A DNA stretch of 36,336 bases from a bacterium (lineage in GTDB: Bacteria > SZUA-182 > DTGQ01 > JAFGSM01): positions 1 through 36,336 of the forward strand of contig JBLIRO010000049.1 of the NCBI GenBank assembly GCA_049472335.1, written 5' to 3'. The notes beneath the pieces were generated by a model that was given only the letters and a program-made list of their open reading frames with translations, was not told the origin of the DNA and did no database searches. Of the stretch, positions 9,824-19,574 are shown piece after piece; positions within the stretch are counted from its first letter, which is position 1, and every line of letters starts with the position of its first letter. The position numbers and the translations under genes were made by a program.

Positions 9824-11893
9824 TCAGGGGCAGGTGTCAGTCATATGGACATTTAACCGGGCTTGATCGATAACATTGTTGAAAAATGCCCAATAACCCT
9901 TTCCCGGTTTGATATTATCAGATAAAGGAAGCCGTGTATATCCGGCTTTATGGTTATAGCCATAGATCACATCAAGCCTGCAATTGTTTACTGAAGCCTT
10001 GGCGTAACAACTGCATCCTCCTATCATATCCCATCCCCTCTCATATACATTTTTTTGATATGACCAAATAGGCTGTCCAGTGAAAATATATCTCTGGTCC
10101 TCGTAGATGAATATCCAGTATCCCTTTCCAGCCAGTAGATTTTCATCTTTTTCCACTCTCACGTATCCGGGTCCCTTTTCAAAGACATATACGGTTACGG
10201 CTTCGGGAAATAATGAAGAAAGACTGGTATCATCAGGTATAACAGGAAGTGATATCATGCTCCAGCCTGCTGATATATTCATTTCAACGGATATTTCATT
10301 AGACTCGCATCTTTCCAGATGTGCTTTTATATCAATAGACCTGTAGTCCTGACTGATTGATAGATTCATGGGTATTATGGCGGCCCGTTTATAAAGCCCT
10401 TCTGCTCCGAATGATATGACCTCGATCCCGCCCATCTGCTCATCCGGTAAGTCAATGGGAATATATTGCACCTCATATCCGATATCCTTGAAAAGGACAA
10501 GCCCTACCCCAAAATCAGAGTAGTCCTCACCGTCGATATTAATAACCAGTTTCCATTCCCCTGAAGGGGGCTTAAGGCCTATATAACGGCATGAAAGATG
10601 GGATATCTCCTCTCCCGGAGCTAAATTGACCGGATAATCACCATAATTCCCCAAGTGACGAACTAAGGGATATTTCTCCCCTTCTTCAAATATGTTTTGG
10701 TCCAGTGTAAGCACCTTGATCCTGAAATCGGTGAATGCCTCTTCAAGGGATGAGCCGTAATCCTGAAGGGCTTGTTGGATGGCGGGGAGCGCGTCCGTGT
10801 TATAATCAGTTATAATAAAGCTGTCTTTTATGAATTCATCTCCAAACCTTGCAGCAAGGTATTTTGCCCACATAACGCCGCCGTATTCATACCTGGTGAA
10901 AAAGGAGGTTTCGCTCGAGTCCAGAGAAATATGTGGGGCCTCGAACCAAACGTCGTCCGGTCTTCCGTATAAATCTCCCTGATCTCCATTGTATTTATAC
11001 CAGGGCTCTCCACTGTCCCATTTAAGGTTGTCATTGAGATCATCAAAGGGATTTCCAAGGTAATTGAGGTATCCATCAACATAATCAAAGACTTCATCCT
11101 CCATCCAGACGGCTGTGTTTTCTTCCCACCAAATACAGTCATTATTCCACTGATCATAGAAATACTGAATAGAATGGAAGAGTTCGTGAGCGGCTGTTAT
11201 TTTCATGTTTCCGGACATGGAGCCTTCAGGATCCAGATTTGATTCGAAGCTCCCTGTATAATTATTGTGAACGACTATATATGGATGACCCATTTCTATA
11301 CTCGTATATCCATAATAACTTATGTTCTTGATATATACATCAAACCTATTGTCGCCTCCGTTATTTCCGTCCGGAGGCGGAGGATCGTACCCGAACATAT
11401 TCGGATCTGTCTCATAATACCATGCCTGTTCGAAATAGGCGCCGAATGAGACAACATAATCGGGAATGGTTGACTGGTTACCATCAGAACCATATACAGC
11501 ATGAGTGCCTGATTCACTATAGTGAATCTTAAAATGCCCCTCAGGGGTGTCATAAGCCCAGGGAACAGATCCGTCAGGGGCATAATAGCGGATATACAAT
11601 GGATTGTCAGGCCTGTATAAGATAAAAAGGTTTTCATCATCGAGCAGGTCCGGATGGTTTAATGCCAGCCTTATTATGGGTGTCGCACATTTTTCGGCAA
11701 CTTCAGGATATTGTTCCGGAACGAGGTTTCTTTGTGTTGCCTCTTCCGGTTTTTTATATATACCTGAGACCAAATAATTTACCAGATCCGGGTTTATTTC
11801 TTCTTTGGCTGCAGTATATGGGACGTCAATCATAAAGAGAGCAAATGTTGCAGCATACAAAAATAAAATTGATATAATCCGTTCCTTGTCCAT
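9824..11893 (-). CDS. Secreted zinc metalloprotease (gluzincin-like, MXAN_6640-like family) with tandem C-terminal domain
   Basis: Signal peptide; HFKIHY, AAHELFHSIQY (HEXXH at 11174-11188), WWEENTAVWMED; C-terminal GWSMISLP...GKGYW x2. Confidence 0.85.
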   Translation of the reverse strand: MDKERIISILFLYAATFALFMIDVPYTAAKEEINPDLVNYLVSGIYKKPEEATQRNLVPEQYPEVAEKCATPIIRLALNHPDLLDDENLFILYRPDNPLYIRYYAPDGSVPWAYDTPEGHFKIHYSESGTHAVYGSDGNQSTIPDYVVSFGAYFEQAWYYETDPNMFGYDPPPPDGNNGGDNRFDVYIKNISYYGYTSIEMGHPYIVVHNNYTGSFESNLDPEGSMSGNMKITAAHELFHSIQYFYDQWNNDCIWWEENTAVWMEDEVFDYVDGYLNYLGNPFDDLNDNLKWDSGEPWYKYNGDQGDLYGRPDDVWFEAPHISLDSSETSFFTRYEYGGVMWAKYLAARFGDEFIKDSFIITDYNTDALPAIQQALQDYGSSLEEAFTDFRIKVLTLDQNIFEEGEKYPLVRHLGNYGDYPVNLAPGEEISHLSCRYIGLKPPSGEWKLVINIDGEDYSDFGVGLVLFKDIGYEVQYIPIDLPDEQMGGIEVISFGAEGLYKRAAIIPMNLSISQDYRSIDIKAHLERCESNEISVEMNISAGWSMISLPVIPDDTSLSSLFPEAVTVYVFEKGPGYVRVEKDENLLAGKGYWIFIYEDQRYIFTGQPIWSYQKNVYERGWDMIGGCSCYAKASVNNCRLDVIYGYNHKAGYTRLPLSDNIKPGKGYWAFFNNVIDQARLNVHMTDTCP

Positions 11894-11983
11894 GGTATAT
11901 TCCTCTTAGTTTACGGGTTTAATCTATTTCAGGGATCAAAGAACAAAAATTCTCAATGTGTGTTTTTGGGGTGAGTATATTAA

Positions 11984-12085
11984 ATTTTATATTTTTTTAT
12001 GGCCTTGTGTCAATAAAAAGGGTTAATTTAAAAATTCAAAATTATTTAAATGGTTTTTGACATTTGATAATAAATGAAATATAAA
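11984..12085. promoter_or_regulatory. Divergent sigma70-like promoters
   Basis: Minus: TTGACA (12008-12013)-N18-TAAAAT (11984-11989). Plus: TTGACA (12057-12062)-N17-TATAAA (12080-12085). Confidence 0.4.
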
Positions 12086-12158
12086 ATTTTAACAAAAAAA
12101 TTGTTATTAATGCCTTTCGCAGGATGAATGGTTGCAAAAAAATGGATAAAATATACAT

Positions 12159-14159
12159 ATGCCCCCTGAAATAAGCATACTCAAGGACCTTGTAATCATT
12201 ATGGCAGTGGCCCTTGGGACCATCTATCTTGCCCATAGGATACGAATCCCTTCCATCGTGAGTTTTCTTGTAGCCGGATTGATTATAGGCCCTTCTTCCT
12301 TTGCCCTGATCAGCAATACTCACCAGATAGAGAACCTTGCGGAAATTGGGGTTATACTCCTTCTTTTTACTATCGGACTCGAGTTCTCTCTTAAGCGTCT
12401 TATGAAGATCAAAAAATATTTACTTCTTGAAGGGGGTTTTCAGATATTTTTAACTACCGGGGCAGTCATATCTGTCGCGGCGTTTATCCTTGATTTCCCT
12501 TTAAAGCAGTCAATATTCTTCGGTTTTCTGGCTGCTCTCAGCAGTACTGCAATTGTATTGAAGCTGTATGCCGACAGGGGTGAGATACAATCTCTTCACG
12601 GTAATATTGCCGTAAGTATACTTCTTTTTCAGGACTTATGTATAGTGCCTATGATGCTCATTATCCCCATTTTGGGTGTGCAGGCCGAGAAGGGATTTTT
12701 ATCTTTTTTTCTCGTCATTGCCAAGTCTGTCCTTGCCATAGGGGGGATAATACTGATGGCAAGGCTTTTCTTTCCCTGGATAATGGAGAGGATGGTGGCT
12801 ACCCGCATACGGGAATCATTCACCCTTACCATTATCCTCTTTTGCCTCGGAACAGCATGGCTGACTTCAAAAATGGGCCTTTCTCTGGCCCTGGGGGCCT
12901 TTATTGCCGGCCTGATCGTTTCCGAGTCCGAATACAGCCACCAGGCAATATCTGAAATCATTCCCATGACAGACAGCTTTACAGGCCTTTTTTTTATCTC
13001 TGTCGGAATGCTTCTGGATTTGAGGTTTGTTTACAAGAATCCCTTAAGTATTATTGGCATTGTTTTGCTTATACTTGTTATTAAAGGGGTAGTCCTGTTC
13101 ACTGTTGTAATGATCAGCAGGCGAAATATAAGAAGCGCTATTATTATTGGTCTCGGTCTTTCGCAGGTCGGGGAATTTTCATTTATACTGGCCCAGGTGG
13201 GGATGCAGTATGGACTCATGAATAAGGCCCTTTACCAGCATTTTCTTGCTTCATCTATTCTCACTATGCTGGGAACGCCTCTCCTTGTTCGTTATGCGCC
13301 GGGCTGGGCACTGCGCATTCAAACATTTCTGTCAAAATGGTTTCCGGAAGAAATAAGGGAAGAGGGTTTTTCCTGCTCATTAAACGGCCATACTCTGATT
13401 ATTGGTTACGGCCTAAATGGGAGAAATCTGGCCAGGGTGCTCAAGGAAGCGGGGCTCCCTTATCAGATTGTGGACCTTAATGCGGAGAATGTTCGTCAAG
13501 GCAAGGACGAAGGGCATCCGATCTTTTTTGGAGATGCCACAAGGAGGGAGATCCTGCAGCGATTGGCAACCGACTGCGCCAAGATTGCCGTAGTGGCCAT
13601 CTCGGACCCTTCTGCCACAAGGAGGATTGTCTGGCAGATCAAAAGAATGAGTCCCAATATATATCTCATTGCCCGCACGAGATTTGTCTCCGAGGTTGAA
13701 GAACTTTACAGGATCGGCGCGGATCAGGTAATCCCTGAAGAGTTTGAGACATCAGTGGAGATATTCTCGCATGTGTTGCACAGGTATCATGTGCCCAGGA
13801 ATATAATCAACCTTCATGTCAATACAATCAGGGATTCAGGCTATGGCATGCTCAGAGGATCAAGCCTTCCGGACGAAAGGTTTGAAAATATCCAGAAGAT
13901 CATAACCCAGACCCTGACGGAGACCTTTATGGTGACGAAAGATTCCTCGGTTGTTGGAAAATCCCTTGCAGAGCTTGAATTAAGGAAGAAAACCGGTGTG
14001 ACGGTTTTTGGAATAATCCGTGAAGACCGTACTATCGTAAATCCTGAACCGGGGATAAAGATAATGACGGAAGATGTATTCATTATGGTTGGGAGCCACC
14101 AGCAGCTAGATCAAGCGATTAAGTTGTTATCCGTTAGAAGGAGTGATGGAGAATCCTGA
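12159..14159 (+). CDS. CPA2 cation:proton antiporter (Kef-type) with TrkA-N and TrkA-C domains
   Basis: AEIGVILLLFTIGLE, LSSTAIVLK, LLFQD, SQVGEFSF; IIGYGLNG Rossmann motif; C-terminal RCK_C. Confidence 0.93.
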   Translation: MPPEISILKDLVIIMAVALGTIYLAHRIRIPSIVSFLVAGLIIGPSSFALISNTHQIENLAEIGVILLLFTIGLEFSLKRLMKIKKYLLLEGGFQIFLTTGAVISVAAFILDFPLKQSIFFGFLAALSSTAIVLKLYADRGEIQSLHGNIAVSILLFQDLCIVPMMLIIPILGVQAEKGFLSFFLVIAKSVLAIGGIILMARLFFPWIMERMVATRIRESFTLTIILFCLGTAWLTSKMGLSLALGAFIAGLIVSESEYSHQAISEIIPMTDSFTGLFFISVGMLLDLRFVYKNPLSIIGIVLLILVIKGVVLFTVVMISRRNIRSAIIIGLGLSQVGEFSFILAQVGMQYGLMNKALYQHFLASSILTMLGTPLLVRYAPGWALRIQTFLSKWFPEEIREEGFSCSLNGHTLIIGYGLNGRNLARVLKEAGLPYQIVDLNAENVRQGKDEGHPIFFGDATRREILQRLATDCAKIAVVAISDPSATRRIVWQIKRMSPNIYLIARTRFVSEVEELYRIGADQVIPEEFETSVEIFSHVLHRYHVPRNIINLHVNTIRDSGYGMLRGSSLPDERFENIQKIITQTLTETFMVTKDSSVVGKSLAELELRKKTGVTVFGIIREDRTIVNPEPGIKIMTEDVFIMVGSHQQLDQAIKLLSVRRSDGES

Positions 14160-15441
14160 CCTGGTAAGGCTTGAGTTTAATATCAAACAACCGTGGTACG
14201 TCTCCTAAATTGTCCTCCGGCGAGAGGTCGCTTATAACTCCGCCGGGAAGCATGGAGTTGAGATCCAGATTGAGGGTCTGAGCCTTAGAATTGTTTATGT
14301 TTATTATAAGCAGAAATCGTTCCTTCTTCTCCATTGCTGTATTTTTATTATCTTTAAGCAGAATTATGATATCCGGGTTTTGAGCAGGGACCCTTTGTAA
14401 AGGAAGCTCCTGATTAAAGATGTGCTGTGAACCTTTTAAAAGGTTGACCTCCTTTATGAATCCACTCAGGTCAAATCTTGCATCCTCCCAATCCTCAGTG
14501 CTGGTTAATTTGACATTCAATTTTTTATGAAATCCAAATTCAAAACCAATGGGAATCATGACCCCTTTGGTGAGTAAGGCGGAGAGAAGATATCGCTGTT
14601 TAATACTGGGGATATTGTCTTTTAAATCTGCAGCCAGTCTTGTCGTGTCATGAGATTCGGGAAAACTTACAGAGGCTGCGATAGGCTGGGTAAGTCTGAG
14701 CTGGTCAGTGAACCAGTTGTCCTGTAAATTCCACCACTTGAAGCTGTTAAAGATATAGTCAAATCCGGATTTGGCCACTTCCAGGGTCTGTTCTACAGGG
14801 CAACCCAGGGTTTCGGCAAAAAAAGCAGAAGCCGGATTTAACTGTTTTGCCTCTTCGATCAGAAAACGCCACAAATCTGTAGGGACCTGATAAGCGGCGT
14901 CACATCTGAATCCGGTAAAACCGAGATCCAGATAATTTTTTATCACCGAAAGCCAGTAAGCCCAGAGTGAGTCACGATTTTGAGAATTAAGATTATCTAT
15001 TTCCGCCAAATCCCTCCAGTAGACCATCTTCCCTTTGTGCATAGCACCGGGATGGATTAAACGTCCCTTGTCATCTCTTTTGTACCAATCGGGATGATTA
15101 CAGACAAGCGGGGATTGTTTGGAAGTATGATTTATCACTAAATCTGCCATAACATTGAGCCCGAGCTTGTTTGCTTCCCTGATCATGGCCTTGAGATGAC
15201 TTGCCGGTCTTCCGTGATCCTGAGAACCAAAGAAAAGCGGATTAAAACCGAAATGATCCTTAATGGCATAGAGACTTCCTGAGCTTCCGGTTGGATGAAA
15301 AGGATTGATATAGATCCAGTTGAAGCCCATCTCGTAAGCCCGTTCGATATGAGGCAACCAGTTTTTTACGTTACCGACCAGTCTTGGAAAAAGATTGTAT
15401 ATTTTGGGGCTTTCTTCAAATTGTTTGATTTGATTTGACAT
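14134..15441 (-). CDS. GH13 alpha-amylase family protein (short GlgE-like catalytic domain)
   Basis: DLVINH, GFRCDAAY (nucleophile), FFAETLG (acid/base), ESHDT. Confidence 0.88.
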   Translation of the reverse strand: MSNQIKQFEESPKIYNLFPRLVGNVKNWLPHIERAYEMGFNWIYINPFHPTGSSGSLYAIKDHFGFNPLFFGSQDHGRPASHLKAMIREANKLGLNVMADLVINHTSKQSPLVCNHPDWYKRDDKGRLIHPGAMHKGKMVYWRDLAEIDNLNSQNRDSLWAYWLSVIKNYLDLGFTGFRCDAAYQVPTDLWRFLIEEAKQLNPASAFFAETLGCPVEQTLEVAKSGFDYIFNSFKWWNLQDNWFTDQLRLTQPIAASVSFPESHDTTRLAADLKDNIPSIKQRYLLSALLTKGVMIPIGFEFGFHKKLNVKLTSTEDWEDARFDLSGFIKEVNLLKGSQHIFNQELPLQRVPAQNPDIIILLKDNKNTAMEKKERFLLIININNSKAQTLNLDLNSMLPGGVISDLSPEDNLGDVPRLFDIKLKPYQVRILHHSF

Positions 15442-15553
15442 ATTGCGCTCCTGGATTTAAAGAAATAGATTGTTAAACAATAGTTAAACGGGCTTTAAGC
15501 CTGTATGCAACTGATAATGCCTTGAGATCAATGTGATTGCCCTTGTAGTATAT

Positions 15554-15582
15554 TTGACCTTCAACTCTTACTGGATTATGAT
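15554..15582 (+). promoter_or_regulatory. Sigma70-like promoter for otsA
   Basis: TTGACC-N17-TATGAT. Confidence 0.5.
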
Positions 15583-15625
15583 AATAATTGTAACTGCTCA
15601 AAAACGTTTAATTTTAGAGCAGTTA

Positions 15626-15667
15626 ATGAAAATTGCAAAATGAAAAATGCAATATGCAATTTGTAAT
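15626..15667 (+). repeat. Six tandem degenerate heptamers (WTGHAAW)
   Basis: ATGAAAA TTGCAAA ATGAAAA ATGCAAT ATGCAAT TTGTAAT. Confidence 0.7.
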
Positions 15668-15749
15668 ATTCGGCCACAAGACTTATACCAGATATTGGCC
15701 CTGAGGTAAAGTGCCAAAATGTACTAATTTTTCTTAAAAGGGTGTATCC

Positions 15750-17273
15750 ATGGCACAATCGGTCAGAGACAGTAAAGACCATGAAATAACACGATTAGTG
15801 GTTGTCTCCAACCGTCTTCCTATTGTGTTTACAAGAGGTAATGAGGGTGAATGGTTGATAAAAAGAGGTTCGGGCGGACTTGTTACGGCTATTGCCCCGG
15901 TTTTGAGAGATAGAGGGGGGTTGTGGATAGGCTGGACAGGTAAGCCTGGAAGATCCGATTTTTCTGAGCCTTCTGACCATGGTTCAAAACTGATTGGTTA
16001 CACCCTAAAGCAGGTTGTATTGAATGAAGAAGAGATAAATAATTATTACTACGGTTTCTCCAATGAGATTCTCTGGCCGCTTTTTCATGATTTGATTCCA
16101 CTTTGCGATTTTAACCCTGAGTTTTGGAATGTTTACAAAAAGGTTAACAAGAAGTTTGCCAGGGTAATCTGCAGAAACGTATTAAAAGATGATTATATAT
16201 GGGTTCAGGATTATCACCTCATGCTTGTTGCCAAAGAGCTAAGAGCCATAAGAATAAAAAACAATATCGGGTTTTTTCTTCACATACCGTTTCCCCAGTT
16301 GGACATTTTTTTAAAGCTTCCATGGAGGTTTCAGATACTTAGAAGTCTTCTTGAATATGATCTTATCGGATTTCAGACCGTGCGTGATAAAAGTAATTTT
16401 ATACAATGCGTGCGTGCCCTTATCAGGAATAGCCGTGTTGTCGGCAGTGGCCAGGTCTCAACAATAAGTATGCCGGAAAAAGAGGTAAGGGTCGGTAATT
16501 TCCCCATCAGCATAGACTATGACGCATTTGCTAAACAGGCGGCAAGTAAAGAAGTGGCGGAAGAGGCATGGTATATCCATGAGAATCTTCCCAAGAGGAA
16601 GATAATCCTGGGTATAGATCGCCTCGACTATACAAAGGGCATATGTCTTAGGCTAAACGCATTCAGAAATGCCCTGGAGCGATATCCTAATCTTCGGCGC
16701 AATTTGACGCTTGTTCAGGTAGTGGTGCCCAGCAGGGAGGTTATCCATGAGTATATTGATATTAAAAATAAGATCGATCGAATGGTTGGAGAGATTAATG
16801 GCCAGTTCACCCAATCCGGCTGGATGCCAATACACTATCTGCATAGAAGCCTTACCAGAACGGAGCTACTCGCCTATTACCGTACCGCGGAAATTGCCCT
16901 GATAACCCCATTAAAAGATGGAATGAATTTGGTGGCAAAAGAATACTGCGCCTGCAGTTTAGAGGAGAACAGCGTATTAATATTGAGTGAATTTGCGGGT
17001 GCAGCCCCTCAGCTTTATCGTGGCGCAATCTTAGTAAATCCTTATGATGTTGAAGGTATGGCCGATGCTATTTATCAGGCATTTATGATGAGCAGGGAAG
17101 AACGCAGAACGCGTATGCGAAGACTAAGGCGTACAGTACAAAAATACAATATCTTTTGGTGGGTGGATTCCTTTTTAAACGCTGCAATCACTAAAAGGCT
17201 GGATTCGTTTCCAGCCTTGGATTTTTACATGCCTCATGTGGAGATCGATGATGAGTTCAAAAAACTCGCCTGA
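15750..17273 (+). CDS. otsA: Trehalose-6-phosphate synthase (GT20)
   Basis: VVSNRLP, GGLVTA, LWPLFH, WVQDYHL, FFLHIPFP, DRLDYTKG, DGMNLVAKEY, LSEFAGAA. Confidence 0.93.
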   Translation: MAQSVRDSKDHEITRLVVVSNRLPIVFTRGNEGEWLIKRGSGGLVTAIAPVLRDRGGLWIGWTGKPGRSDFSEPSDHGSKLIGYTLKQVVLNEEEINNYYYGFSNEILWPLFHDLIPLCDFNPEFWNVYKKVNKKFARVICRNVLKDDYIWVQDYHLMLVAKELRAIRIKNNIGFFLHIPFPQLDIFLKLPWRFQILRSLLEYDLIGFQTVRDKSNFIQCVRALIRNSRVVGSGQVSTISMPEKEVRVGNFPISIDYDAFAKQAASKEVAEEAWYIHENLPKRKIILGIDRLDYTKGICLRLNAFRNALERYPNLRRNLTLVQVVVPSREVIHEYIDIKNKIDRMVGEINGQFTQSGWMPIHYLHRSLTRTELLAYYRTAEIALITPLKDGMNLVAKEYCACSLEENSVLILSEFAGAAPQLYRGAILVNPYDVEGMADAIYQAFMMSREERRTRMRRLRRTVQKYNIFWWVDSFLNAAITKRLDSFPALDFYMPHVEIDDEFKKLA

Positions 17274-17283
17274 AAACAAGGTG

Positions 17284-17379
17284 CTATTTTTGTAATTTCT
17301 GATCCGGAAGATTAGAAAAAAAGACACAAAGGAGGCTTAAAACTGTCAAAACCAAGGTACATGAAATAAAGTAAGACAT
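17284..17379 (-). CDS. Putative 31-aa hydrophobic peptide MSYFISCTLVLTVLSLLCVFFSNLPDQKLQK (not in the ORF track)
   Basis: Translated by hand; preceded by AAAGGGGGGGGAAA and a sigma54-like site at 17488-17502. Confidence 0.35.
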   Translation of the reverse strand: MSYFISCTLVLTVLSLLCVFFSNLPDQKLQK

Positions 17380-17487
17380 TTTCCCCCCCCTTTTTTTCAG
17401 CCATAAGGCCTATCAAAAATCCGGTTAATAAAACAAAATAGCTATGTCTAAAGAATTTTTTTTACTGATTTGAATGCCTTTAAATCA

Positions 17488-17502
17488 GCAATTTACATGC
17501 CT
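17488..17502 (-). promoter_or_regulatory. Sigma54-like -24/-12 site
   Basis: AGGCATGTAAATTGC, with GG-N10-GC spacing. Confidence 0.45.
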
Positions 17503-17783
17503 GGAATAAAAAATTTTACAAAATGAAGTGAATAACCTGATATTATTGTATTTTTATTATTTTTTGCCTTTAAAGCATCTCACAACGATTTGTTCAATTT
17601 TTCTCTTGAATTGTTTATCTTTTGATCAGCTCGGAAAAGATTTCCTTTAGCAGGAATATGAAAAAATGCCGATTAATATATTGTAGCGATTACTATTCGT
17701 TTAGAAAAAATTGTATCATTTTAATTGTTTCAAATATATTAAATATTGAGTGTTCTTAACACCTTTATAAAGGAATTGTCTAT

Positions 17784-19100
17784 ATGGCGGATAAGCATAA
17801 AATAGTTTTCTATGGAGAAATTCTGGAAGGACAGAATTTAGAAACAGTAAAAGAGAATCTGGGTGCTCTCTTTAAGATGGATAACAATAAAATAGACAGG
17901 TTGTTATCCAAGCCATCCGTATTAATAAAAAAAGATATTGATTTTTCAACAGCCTCGAAATATCAGGAAGTACTTAAAAAAGCAGGTGCCGTTTGCAAAA
18001 TTGAACCAATGGATACAGAACAGGATATATCCGGACAAAAGACAGCTCAGGTGTCCACTCAACCAGATGAAAATCAGGGGAAGTACGAGGTTATATTTTA
18101 CGGAGAGCTTGAAGAAGGACAGAATCTAACTACTGTTAAAAAAAGACTGGCAGATCTTTTCAATAAAGATCTATCCAAAATTGAAGAATTTTTATCTCAT
18201 ATGCCGGCAATTATAAAGAAAAATGTCGATCTGGACACTGCATTGAAATATCGTGAAACTTTAAAGAAAGCAGGAGCGGTTTGCTTAATAAAACCGGTTA
18301 AAGGAGTCCAAACGATAATTCAGGTTTCAACGGAACCGGAATCCGAAAAAATTCAGGCATCTCCTTCTGTATCACCTTCAGAAACACAAATGTATAATGA
18401 AACAGCTTCTCATAAGCTTACAGGAGATGAGCCAGCCTCGCCGGAACCTATAGTAAATGAACAACCATCGGCGGAACCTATAGTAAATGAGTCACCCTCG
18501 CCAGAACCTATAGAAAATGAACAACACTCTCCGGAGCTCATGGTAAAAGAGCCATCCTCGCCGGAATCGAAAATAAAAGAAGAAATACAATCCGAATCAT
18601 CGGATCATTTAAATTGTCTACAGTGTAATTTAAAGGTGAACTTTTTTAAAAGGCTTTTCCATTTATCTAAAGAAGAAAGAAAGGAAATACTAAGACTTAT
18701 AGTCGGATCAGCCTTTATTGGCGCGATCGTTGGATTTATGTGGGGCGGGCTTTACGATCCATGGCAGAGCAAGGGAATTTCAGCAGCCTGGTTGAACTCT
18801 CTGTTATTTGGTGGATGGGGATTTGCAGAAGTAGCGGGCGTGGTCGTAGCCAGAAATTTAAGATATGCGAAAGGGCGTTTGAGGCTCATTTTTAACGGGG
18901 CCTTATGGGGAGGTATATGGGTCAGTCTTTTTACCGCTCTGGAAATGGTTAAAAATGTATCATCATTGGAATCCATTTTTTTGAATATTGTTGTCGGCCT
19001 TTCTGCGGGATTTATTATCGGCGGTCTTATTAGTGCTATCTGTGCTATCAATTTGAGCGGTATAATGACTTTGCGTGAAGAAAAGAAGCTTACAATATGA
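17784..19100 (+). CDS. Membrane protein with a duplicated ~72-aa N-terminal domain, Pro/Glu-rich linker and four C-terminal TM helices
   Basis: Two copies of V.FYGE..EGQNL.TVK..L..LF...IKK..D..TA.KY...LKKAGAVC.I.P; hydrophobic C-terminus. Confidence 0.85.
   Translation: MADKHKIVFYGEILEGQNLETVKENLGALFKMDNNKIDRLLSKPSVLIKKDIDFSTASKYQEVLKKAGAVCKIEPMDTEQDISGQKTAQVSTQPDENQGKYEVIFYGELEEGQNLTTVKKRLADLFNKDLSKIEEFLSHMPAIIKKNVDLDTALKYRETLKKAGAVCLIKPVKGVQTIIQVSTEPESEKIQASPSVSPSETQMYNETASHKLTGDEPASPEPIVNEQPSAEPIVNESPSPEPIENEQHSPELMVKEPSSPESKIKEEIQSESSDHLNCLQCNLKVNFFKRLFHLSKEERKEILRLIVGSAFIGAIVGFMWGGLYDPWQSKGISAAWLNSLLFGGWGFAEVAGVVVARNLRYAKGRLRLIFNGALWGGIWVSLFTALEMVKNVSSLESIFLNIVVGLSAGFIIGGLISAICAINLSGIMTLREEKKLTI
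18427..18580 (+). repeat. In-frame 30-bp tandem repeat, about 5 copies (EPASPEPIVN-like decapeptide)
   Basis: CGGAACCTATAGTAAATGA recurs at 30-nt spacing. Confidence 0.9.
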
Positions 19101-19176
19101 AGGCGGATGTAAAGGCTTCCATGTTTTTCATCTATCAAATATGACAATCCGCTATGTTATTCTAACCAATATTGAA

Positions 19177-19268
19177 AGTCTGTCCGATAACCCAATTTTT
19201 GGTATTAAGAAGGGGTAAAAAAAGTAAGTAGGGGGGGCCCCCTAAACTTTTAAGTTATCGGACAGACT
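19177..19268. mobile_element. MITE-like 92-bp element with perfect 15-bp terminal inverted repeats
   Basis: AGTCTGTCCGATAAC (19177-19191) and GTTATCGGACAGACT (19254-19268); internal TAGGGGG/CCCCCTA stem; no clear target-site duplication. Confidence 0.5.
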
Positions 19269-19287
19269 ATAAAAATTATCACTTTCA

Positions 19288-19302
19288 GCAAAATACATGC
19301 CA
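19288..19302 (-). promoter_or_regulatory. Sigma54 -24/-12 site
   Basis: TGGCATGTATTTTGC(T), near consensus TGGCAC-N5-TTGC. Confidence 0.55.
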
Positions 19303-19452
19303 GTAATACATTTGTCTTGTTAATTAACTGAAATTAAATATTATTCTATAGTAATAGATCTTTTATTTCTCTCTTTGAAGAATGTGTTTTGTATGACTTT
19401 ACATACAGTTTTTTGAGATGAATTTTTTGAAATGGGGATGTTGTTAACTAAG

Positions 19453-19481
19453 TTGACTTACTTTTTGAAATTCTATAGAAT
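19453..19481 (+). promoter_or_regulatory. Sigma70-like promoter for msrAB
   Basis: TTGACT-N17-TAGAAT. Confidence 0.5.
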
Positions 19482-19574
19482 TTTTTAAGATCGGTAAAAT
19501 AAATAACCATTTTTCTTTTTTATGATTTGGATAATTTTGGAGAGATTTTAATCACGTTAGAAGGTGAAGGGTAA

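Noticed and set aside
15507..15522. Sigma54-like site upstream of the GH13 gene
   Set aside because: GG-to-GC spacing is 11 nt rather than the required 10
18427..18580. 30-bp repeats as a mini-CRISPR
   Set aside because: Directly tandem, in frame within a CDS, no spacers
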